In this document: positions 9,145 through 16,407 of the stretch, in pieces | Layout: each line of letters starts with the position of its first letter | Numbering within the stretch: the first letter of the stretch is position 1 | Origin: Verrucomicrobiia bacterium | GTDB taxonomy: Bacteria > Verrucomicrobiota > Verrucomicrobiia > Limisphaerales > UBA11358 | NCBI GenBank assembly: GCA_035577265.1 | Contig: DATLVR010000095.1 | Location: 819-64,818, forward strand | Direction of reading: 5' to 3' | Length of the DNA: 64,000 bases | Notes under the pieces: model-generated | Seen by the model: only the letters and a program-made list of their open reading frames with translations | What the model was told of the DNA's origin: nothing | The model's database searches: none | Program-made: the position numbers and the translations under genes

Positions 9145-9855
9145 TCAAGGTTTGTTAAAGGCCGCAGCTAAAACGTTCGCCGGATAAGAATCATACCAGT
9201 TGCCGCCAGGCAGATAAACCAAGCGATTGGTTTCCCCGGCAAACATGGGCGCCACCAGCACGGAATCGCCGAACATGAATTCGTCATCAATCTGGCGCAC
9301 TTTTGGATTTGCCGGCCAGTCCAAAACCAGCGCGCAAATCGGCGGTTTGCCGGTGGAATGATATTCGTTGAAGGCCGTGCCAATGACTATGATGAGTTGA
9401 TTGATGGAAACCAGCCGTCCGCGCATTTGCGCCGTCGCGATTTCGGAGATATACATCGGCGAAAGGTTGGACGCCAGGCCGATGGCTACGCCGCTCAGCA
9501 TCCGCCACGAGATGAAGATGGAAAAAGTCGGGGCAAACGCGTTGCCGAGGGAAGTGATGGCAAATAAAAACGCCGAGACGATCAGTGGTCGTTTGCGCCC
9601 CAACTTGTCGCTCAAGACGGCGGCCACCAGCGCTCCGACGAGGCAGCCGATAAGTGCGCAACTGTTCGCCCAGGTGGATTGCGCTGCTGTGGTCAGATGA
9701 AAATACTTCTCGAAAAACGGCTTCGCGCCGCCGATGACGACCCAGTCCCAGCCAAACAGCAATCCGCCCGGCGCGGCGACGATGGAAATGAGCCAGATGT
9801 AGCCAAAGTTCAGCTCGGCTTTCAGACTTGAGGATTCCGATTTTATTGATGTCAT
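9145..9855 (-). pseudogene. Chimeric remnant: 5' third of an MFS sugar porter fused in frame to a 3' fragment of a GH31 glycosidase
   Basis: aa 1-~162 are sugar-porter-like: GLLFGWDWVVIGGA, LSDKLGRKRPL, SPMYISEIATAQMRGRLVSINQLIIVIG. This covers only ~5 TM segments of an expected 12. aa ~165-236 are a GH31 C-terminal motif region: PPICALVLDWPANPKVRQIDDEFMFGDSVLVAPMF...VYLPGGNWYD, followed by an early stop. Confidence 0.75.
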
Positions 9856-9873
9856 TATATTTGTTGCCGAAAC

Positions 9874-11463
9874 TTATTTCGGCTGCACACGCACCAACGC
9901 GACTCCGTGGCGTGGAACTTCTGTCTCAAACGCCTTGTCGAATAAGCCGATTTCTTTTTGCCGCCAGAGATCGCGGACGGCCTGCTTTCCGCTGATGCCA
10001 AGATCATCCCACGAAACCGAAATTGTTCGCGGCTGCGACGAAAGATTGAACAGCCCCACTGCTTTTGAGCCGTCTTCAAGTTTCTTGACCAACACGCATT
10101 CATCAGGAGTCTGGCGCAGAATTCTCGCCTGCCGGCCAAGCGGGTCCTGGTCCACGGCGATGACTTCCGCATTGCAGAGAACGTTCAGCGTAAAAGCGTC
10201 AAGCTTGGTCATGTCGCCGCTGAAAATGAGCGGCGCGGCCATGAGCGACCACAGGCTCATATAGCTGTATTGCTCGTTGGGCGTGAGCGTCGTCTGCTTG
10301 AAGCTTTTACCATGGTTGGAGCCAATCCAGCCAATGAGGATGTAGTCGGGATCATTCCACGCGCCGGGCCGGGCATATTCCCAATGCTTCGCGTTGCCAA
10401 AGGCGATGCTGTAAAATCCCGGTAATTTTTCGCCCCGCGCGAGGCCCAGGTCCAGCGCGTGGCCCAGGTCGTCGGTCGTGCGCCAGCAGTTGCCAACGTC
10501 ACCGCCCCATTTCCAAACCCCGCCCATGCCGTATTGGCAGAGGTTGAACACGATGTCGCGGTCGAGTTTCTGGAGTTCGCGCGACATCAGTTCATAAGGA
10601 AATTTGTATCCGGCCAAACCTTTCGCCGCCTGCACGGAAACAGTGTTCGTCAAACGCGGGTCGCCACCGTGGAAAATCTGGCCGTAACTGCACCAGTCGT
10701 ATTTCAGAAAATCAAAACCCCACTCGGCGAACGTGCGGGCATCCTGCGCCTCGTGCTGCCAGCTTCCTTCAAAACCAGCGCACGTTTTTGGACCAGGCGA
10801 AGTGTAAATGCCGGACTTGAGTCCCTTCGCATGGATGTAATCCACCATGCCTTTGATGTCGGGAAAACGCTGGTTTGGCAGTATTTGTCCGTTGGCGTCG
10901 CGTGTCGGCTCGCCGACTTCGGAGTTGGTCAAGCCGGGTTGCCTCGCCCAGCAATCATCAATGTTGACATACTGGTAGCCGACGTCCGCCATGCCGGAAG
11001 CAATCATCTGATCGGCCGCGTCGCACATTGCCGCTTCGGTAACGTGGTGCAAATAGATATACCAGCTGTTCCAGCCCATCGGCGGCGTAAGCGCGAGCTG
11101 TTGGCCAACGATGATGCGAAACTCACGTTTCGCCATGCCGCGCGCATTTTGCACGATGAGCGTCACGCGATTTGTGCCGGCGGTGGAAATTTTCCCGGTG
11201 ATGATGCCGCTCTGCGCATCCAATGTCAGTCCCGCCGACAAATTTTCGGCGGAAAATTTCACCGGCCGCTCGCCGGTGCAGGGAATGCGGTAAAGAAACG
11301 GCGAGCCGGGACGCACGCCATAAACCAGCGGGCCGTTGATGCGCGGCGCGGGTGGCGCGGGCGGCGTGAGGATGACGGGTTCTTCCGGCGGCGTATTGGT
11401 TGCGCCCGGTGCCGTCAGCGTTACACAGGCCAAGGCCAGGTTTAGCAACAACATCCTTTTCAT
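9874..11463 (-). CDS. Secreted GH27 alpha-galactosidase-like enzyme with N-terminal He_PIG-type Ig domain (copy 2)
   Basis: Signal peptide MKRMLLLNLALACVTLTAPGA. The Ig-like part is CTGERPVKFSAENLSAGLTLDAQSGIITGKI. GH27 motifs: LTPPMGWNSWY, YQYVNIDDCW, FDFLKYDWC, WNDPDYILIG. Confidence 0.85.
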   Translation of the reverse strand: MKRMLLLNLALACVTLTAPGATNTPPEEPVILTPPAPPAPRINGPLVYGVRPGSPFLYRIPCTGERPVKFSAENLSAGLTLDAQSGIITGKISTAGTNRVTLIVQNARGMAKREFRIIVGQQLALTPPMGWNSWYIYLHHVTEAAMCDAADQMIASGMADVGYQYVNIDDCWARQPGLTNSEVGEPTRDANGQILPNQRFPDIKGMVDYIHAKGLKSGIYTSPGPKTCAGFEGSWQHEAQDARTFAEWGFDFLKYDWCSYGQIFHGGDPRLTNTVSVQAAKGLAGYKFPYELMSRELQKLDRDIVFNLCQYGMGGVWKWGGDVGNCWRTTDDLGHALDLGLARGEKLPGFYSIAFGNAKHWEYARPGAWNDPDYILIGWIGSNHGKSFKQTTLTPNEQYSYMSLWSLMAAPLIFSGDMTKLDAFTLNVLCNAEVIAVDQDPLGRQARILRQTPDECVLVKKLEDGSKAVGLFNLSSQPRTISVSWDDLGISGKQAVRDLWRQKEIGLFDKAFETEVPRHGVALVRVQPK

Positions 11464-11506
11464 AAATCAAGCCGTTTGCGTGGTGGTGATCATAAATCTT
11501 CGGATT

Positions 11507-13099
11507 TCATTTCGACCACAACCGCACCATAATCACACCGTGGCGCGGCACTTCGGTTTGGAATGCCTGGTTGAATTGTCCCAAGTCTTTTTGCCGCCAT
11601 AAATCCCGGACGTGTTGTTTGCCGGAAATGCCAAGTTCAGTCCAGAAAACCGCGAGCTTCGCCGGTTGTTCGCCGAGGTTGAACAGGCCGACCGCTTTTG
11701 AGCCGTCTTCAAGCTCCTTGACCAGCACGAATTCATCGGGAGTTTGGCGCAAAATTTTTGCCTGCCGGCCAAGCGGGTCCTGGTCCACAGCGATCACCTC
11801 GGCGTTGCAGAGAACGTTCAGCGTGAAAGCATCCAGCTTGGCCATGTCGCCGCTGAAAATGAGCGGCGCGGCCAGGAGCGACCACATGCTCATGTAGCTG
11901 TATTGTTCATTCGGCGTGAGAGCAGTTATTTTGCCTTCACCCATGCCATGCGCATCGCCGACCCAGCCGATGAGGATGTAGTCGGGATCGTTCCACGCGC
12001 CGGGTCGGGCGTTTTCCCAATGTTTCGCATTGCTGAAACCGATATCATAAAAGCTTGGCAGCCGCGCCCCGCGGGCCAGACCAAGGTCGCCAGTTGTCCG
12101 CCAGCTATTGCCGACTTCGCCGCCCCATGTCCACACCTGCCCCTTGCCGTATTGGCAGAGGTTGAACACGATGTCGCGGTCGAGTTTCTGGAGTTCGCCC
12201 CACATAAGTTCGTAAGGAAATTTGTATCCGGTCAAACCTTTCGCCACCTGCACGGAAACGGAATTCGTCAGACGCGAGTCGCCTCCGTTAAAAATATGGC
12301 CGTAGCTGCACCAGTCGTATTTCAAAAAGTCGAAGCCCCACTCGGCGAACTTCCGCGCATCTGTCGCCTCGTGCTGGTAAGCGCCGACATACCCGCCGCA
12401 GGTCCACGGGCCGGGCGACGTGTATAGCCCCGCCTTCAGCCCCTTGCCGTGGATGTAATCGGTGAGGCTTTTCATGTCGTGAAATTTTCCGTTTGGCAGC
12501 ACCGCGCCATCGGCGTCACGATATGGCACGTCACCTTTGCTCTTCATCCAACAATCGTCAATGTTCACATATTGGTAGCCGTAATCCGCCATGCCGGAGA
12601 CGATCATCTGGTCCGCGGCCTGGCGCATGACGGCGTCGCTCACGCGGTTATAATGGATATACCAACTGTTCCAGCCCATCGGCGGTGTCAGTGCCAGTTT
12701 GTTTCCAACTTCAATCCGAAATTCGCGCTGGGCCTTGCCAAACGCGTTCCTGGCAAACAATGTCACGCGAATCGTTCCGGGATTTGCGATTTTGCCGGTG
12801 ATGATGCCGCTTGATGAATCCAGCGTCAGCCCTTTGGGCAAACCTTTGGCGCGAAAAGAAATTGGTCGCTCACCCGTGCAAGGAATACGATATAGAAACG
12901 GAGAACCGGGACGCACGCCATACACTTCCGGCCCGTTAATGCGCGGCTCGTTTGGCGGAGGTGGTGTGAGCAACACGGCTTCCTCGGCGGGCTCAACGAC
13001 GGTTGTGGCCGATTCGTTCTGCCGGGCGAGAGCCGTATGAACAAAAAAGCTGATACCAAAAAATGCTGCGGCAAAAAATTGAAAGACGTTTGATTTCAC
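11507..13099 (-). CDS. Secreted GH27 alpha-galactosidase-like enzyme with N-terminal He_PIG-type Ig domain (copy 1)
   Basis: A paralog of 9874..11463 with the same motif set: LTPPMGWNSWY, YQYVNIDDCW, FDFLKYDWC, WNDPDYILIG. Long stretches are identical, e.g. APLIFSGDM.KLDAFTLNVLCNAEVIAVDQDPLGRQA.ILRQTPDE. Confidence 0.85.
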   Translation of the reverse strand: MKSNVFQFFAAAFFGISFFVHTALARQNESATTVVEPAEEAVLLTPPPPNEPRINGPEVYGVRPGSPFLYRIPCTGERPISFRAKGLPKGLTLDSSSGIITGKIANPGTIRVTLFARNAFGKAQREFRIEVGNKLALTPPMGWNSWYIHYNRVSDAVMRQAADQMIVSGMADYGYQYVNIDDCWMKSKGDVPYRDADGAVLPNGKFHDMKSLTDYIHGKGLKAGLYTSPGPWTCGGYVGAYQHEATDARKFAEWGFDFLKYDWCSYGHIFNGGDSRLTNSVSVQVAKGLTGYKFPYELMWGELQKLDRDIVFNLCQYGKGQVWTWGGEVGNSWRTTGDLGLARGARLPSFYDIGFSNAKHWENARPGAWNDPDYILIGWVGDAHGMGEGKITALTPNEQYSYMSMWSLLAAPLIFSGDMAKLDAFTLNVLCNAEVIAVDQDPLGRQAKILRQTPDEFVLVKELEDGSKAVGLFNLGEQPAKLAVFWTELGISGKQHVRDLWRQKDLGQFNQAFQTEVPRHGVIMVRLWSK

Positions 13100-13529
13100 A
13101 AAATTGTTTAATCGGCGTTTGCCTTCATTTTATTGCTTGGCCAGGTCTGATGCCAGCGCGTGATTTGGATCGTGTTTGAGAACGGCTCCTGGCAATTCGC
13201 ACACATTGGTGGCTTTGCCCAAGCTGAGACGATGCCTGGTCCTGCAAAGAAAGCGGTCGTTTCCTGCCAAAATTGCAAATCGTCGTCGTGTCGGCAGAAA
13301 CGTGGCGGGAGCAATCAATTTTGGCCGGCATTTTGCAGCTTCAACGCCGGTCATCAAATTGCGGAACAGTCTTTTCATCTTCGCTTTTTAGGCGAGCTTT
13401 TCCCATTGCCAGCGCGGAATAGAAATTCATTTCCAAGAACGAGCATACATCTCAGTTTTTAGACGACGGACAACTCTTATTTAGTTTACGAGCTGATGTC
13501 TTACTTTAAACTGCGCGAAGGGATATCGT

Positions 13530-13553
13530 AAATACCCTCATTCGAGGGTATTT
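13530..13553. other. Perfect 10-bp palindromic hairpin (AAATACCCTC-attc-GAGGGTATTT) in a ~900-bp non-coding gap
   Basis: Read directly from the sequence. The stems are 13530-13539 and 13544-13553, exact reverse complements, with a 4-nt loop. Function is unknown; it could be an operator or a bidirectional hairpin. Confidence 0.4.
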
Positions 13554-14006
13554 AGCAGGTAGCCCGTCAAATTTAATAATGCAGCTGCCAAGCGGTTGGT
13601 TTAACCGAGACCGGACCGTTTCTTTTCAGGATTAAACCCGGTCCTATTTCGATCGGATAGAAAGCCATCAGTCTCTTAAACCAATACCGATATTGACATT
13701 ATCATGGCCGTGGGTGGGGTCATTTGGCTTGAAATTCGTCTGGTTGAATTTCCACACGGTGGAGCCAAGCTGGCGCCGGCCAACGACGACACTGGCGTTT
13801 AGTCCATAAAAATCGATATACTGAGTGATACCGATCTATTCCAGATTATCGCGGGCAAAGGCCACAGTATCGTGGACCGAGTAACCCCGCGCGACCGGCA
13901 CCAGAGTGACTCCGGGTGCCAGGGATTGGGCGCTGCCGATGGCCAGTGAAGCATGAACGGTTATCCAATCCATGACTATAATTCGATTAGACATTGCGGT
14001 GGCTTG

Positions 14007-14756
14007 TCATGATTTCTGGATTCTGCTTCCCGCCGCCGTCAACTTTTCCCGCGCGTTGTCGGAGTCCGCTATTGAACTGGCCGGGAGGTTGGCAGTGTAG
14101 CGCATCACCGCTTCCGTGCGACAGTGGACATGCAATTTTTCGTAGATCGTTTTCAAATAGCTGCGCACGGTTTCGATGCTCAAACGCATCTGGTCGGCGA
14201 TTTCCTTGTTTGACAATCCACGCGACAACAAATCCAGCACTTCGATTTCACGCGTGGACAAATGCGTTTGGTTGCGTGGATTGGCCGGCGGGCGGCGGAA
14301 CGAGCGCACTACCCGCCGCGCGATGGCACTGCTCATCGGCGCGCCGCCTTCCAGCACATCCAACAGCGCTGTCCGCAAATCTGTTGGTTTTGAACGCTTG
14401 AGCATATATCCGTCAGCACCGGCTTCCAACGCACGAAAAATCAACTCATCGTCATCCAACACGGTGAGGATGACAATGGGTGTCGCTGGCAATAATTCTT
14501 TCAGCCGCGACGTGCATTCGATGCCCGACATGCGAGGCAGGCGGATGTCCATCAAAATCACGTCAGGCCGCGCTTCAGGGATGACGCACATCGCTTCCTC
14601 GGCGGACGCGCAAGTGCAGAGGCACTCGAATCCGCCGAATGATTCGATAATTCGCACCCAGCTCTGGCACAAATCTTTTTGGTCTTCCACCAAAGCCACG
14701 CTGATCGTGGAATTGGCAATAGACTCGGCAGGAATGTTCTTAGAAGGGAATTTCAT
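14007..14756 (-). CDS. NarL/FixJ-family response regulator (REC + LuxR-type HTH)
   Basis: REC domain: VALVEDQKDL, ILMDIRLPRMSG, ILTVLDDDELIFRALEAGADGYMLK. HTH domain: LSTREIEVLDLLSRGLSNKEIADQMRLSIETVRSYLKTIYEKLHV. Confidence 0.9.
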   Translation of the reverse strand: MKFPSKNIPAESIANSTISVALVEDQKDLCQSWVRIIESFGGFECLCTCASAEEAMCVIPEARPDVILMDIRLPRMSGIECTSRLKELLPATPIVILTVLDDDELIFRALEAGADGYMLKRSKPTDLRTALLDVLEGGAPMSSAIARRVVRSFRRPPANPRNQTHLSTREIEVLDLLSRGLSNKEIADQMRLSIETVRSYLKTIYEKLHVHCRTEAVMRYTANLPASSIADSDNAREKLTAAGSRIQKS

Positions 14757-14795
14757 GGACTATTGCGGTTGTAAATGTTGCCCATCGGGGGAAAT

Positions 14796-16307
14796 TCAAC
14801 TTGGCGATTCTCCGGCTGCCTTCGCGGGCGGGACCTCTTCGCGGTGGCCCGGAAAACCGGGCTCAAGAACAGAGTGATTGCTCGATTGAAACGGCGACTT
14901 GAAAAACGATCGTTGTTTCAGTGGCACGGCAAAGCTGACTCTGCAGCCTTCGCCGGGCCGACTGGCTACCAGGCAATCGCCGCCGATTTCCACCATCCGC
15001 GATTTCATGTTCGTCAGCCCGTTTCGCTCCTGGCTGGCCTGGGTGAAATCAAAACCGCAGCCATTGTCGGCCACGACGACGTTTAGCAAAGAACCGTTTA
15101 TTTCGATATGCACCGTCAGCTCAGTGGCTCCTGAGTGTTTCACAGCGTTGTTGAGAGCTTCTTTTATCGCCAGAAACAAATTGCGCCGCGCGATTTGGCT
15201 CAATTTTTGGGCCGGGATTTCCTGCGGCACATCGAACCGGCAGCGGATCGGCGAAGGACCCAAAAATTGTTGCACCCATTTGCAAACGTAAATGATAAAA
15301 TCTTCCAAGTTGTCATGCTGCGAGTTGATGATCCAAACCACTTCATCGATCGTGGCTAGAATGTTTCGTGCGCCGTCGCACATTTGCAACAGCGGCGCAC
15401 CGGGAGCAGGCGCGGATTCAATTTGCGCCACTTCGCCGATCAGCAGCAATTGCGTCAGCTTGGAGCCAAGATCGTCGTGAATGTCGCGCGCAATGCGATC
15501 GCGTTCGGCTTGCACCAGATGATGTGCTTTCGATTGGCTCACGAGTTGAACCAAAAGATACAGGCAAAAGAAAACGAAAACGCCGCTGCCGCCTAACAAG
15601 CCGATTTGAAATTCCCTGCTCTGCCAAACCGGAATCGGTTTCGGCAGCTCCGCGCGGATGTGGAGCACCGACGTCGGAATGGTCCACCATGGCATCCTGC
15701 CGAAATTGGTGGCGATCGAGGCGTTCGGCCAATTCTCGGCAGGTTGCAGGGCCGTCTCCCAATTGGGGTCCGCATCTGGAACCACGCGCCACGTCAGGTC
15801 GGAACAGATCTGCATCAGCTGGCCATTGGCCATCTCCAGACTCAGGCCAAGGATGACGCCCGCCTGGTCATTGTCGTTGAAACCTTCCACCGCCAGCACA
15901 TGCGCGCCGGAATTCAACGTGCCTTCCAAATGATAAATGCTCAATGTTCGCCAGTCACTGCCACTGCCAAGTTCCTGGCCATCCAGCCAAATTTTGAAGG
16001 CGTTGTCTGCCGCAATGCGCAACTCGGCGCGGGCTACCGGATTCGTTTTGGGAACGTTAAAGCTGTGCCATAGCCGGACGGTTTGTTTGTTGAGCGTGGC
16101 CTTATCCCATATCCAGCAGCCCAAACCGTTGGTCACTTCCGGCTCGGATTTCGCGACGTAAATCGTGGGGTAATTGCTGGCGACGGCTGCTGAAATGTCG
16201 CCAGCGTGGGCCGAGGCGAAACTCATCGCCAGACTAAACTGTATAAATGCCACAGGTTGGAGGAATTTCTCACGAATTCCGGCAAGTTTTGGAAGATGCA
16301 AATTCAC
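14796..16307 (-). CDS. Sensor histidine kinase (HisKA_3 + HATPase_c) with periplasmic galactose-binding-like beta-sandwich sensor
   Basis: H-box ERDRIARDIHDDLGSKLTQL. The ATPase part has LAIKEALNNAVKHSGA and DNGCGF. One TM follows the periplasmic part (IGLLGGSGVFVFFCLYLLVQLV). The sensor (aa ~55-190) resembles GH2 sugar-binding / rhamnosidase-N domains: ARAELRIAADNAFKIWLDGQELGSGSDW...GAHVLAVEGFNDNDQAGVILGL. GTG start at 16307. Confidence 0.85.
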   Translation of the reverse strand: MNLHLPKLAGIREKFLQPVAFIQFSLAMSFASAHAGDISAAVASNYPTIYVAKSEPEVTNGLGCWIWDKATLNKQTVRLWHSFNVPKTNPVARAELRIAADNAFKIWLDGQELGSGSDWRTLSIYHLEGTLNSGAHVLAVEGFNDNDQAGVILGLSLEMANGQLMQICSDLTWRVVPDADPNWETALQPAENWPNASIATNFGRMPWWTIPTSVLHIRAELPKPIPVWQSREFQIGLLGGSGVFVFFCLYLLVQLVSQSKAHHLVQAERDRIARDIHDDLGSKLTQLLLIGEVAQIESAPAPGAPLLQMCDGARNILATIDEVVWIINSQHDNLEDFIIYVCKWVQQFLGPSPIRCRFDVPQEIPAQKLSQIARRNLFLAIKEALNNAVKHSGATELTVHIEINGSLLNVVVADNGCGFDFTQASQERNGLTNMKSRMVEIGGDCLVASRPGEGCRVSFAVPLKQRSFFKSPFQSSNHSVLEPGFPGHREEVPPAKAAGESPS

Positions 16308-16407
16308 GGGCGGGGAAATCTTGTAGAATTTACTTTAGTTAGCGGCATAGTTGGCGTCAACCTGCAATTTCAGGCGTGACACAAGCTCTCAGCCCGTGCC
16401 ACTGCTT

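Noticed and set aside
13125-13462. Cluster of overlapping 68-100-aa ORFs on both strands upstream of the GH27 pair
   Set aside because: They are mutually exclusive, with no motifs, signal peptides or plausible ribosome-binding context. I treat the region as non-coding or regulatory.
13668-13973. Possible small outer-membrane beta-barrel-like gene
   Set aside because: It is interrupted by an in-frame TAG at 13836-13838 and lacks a signal peptide. At best it is a fragment. It is discussed as a finding but not called as a gene.
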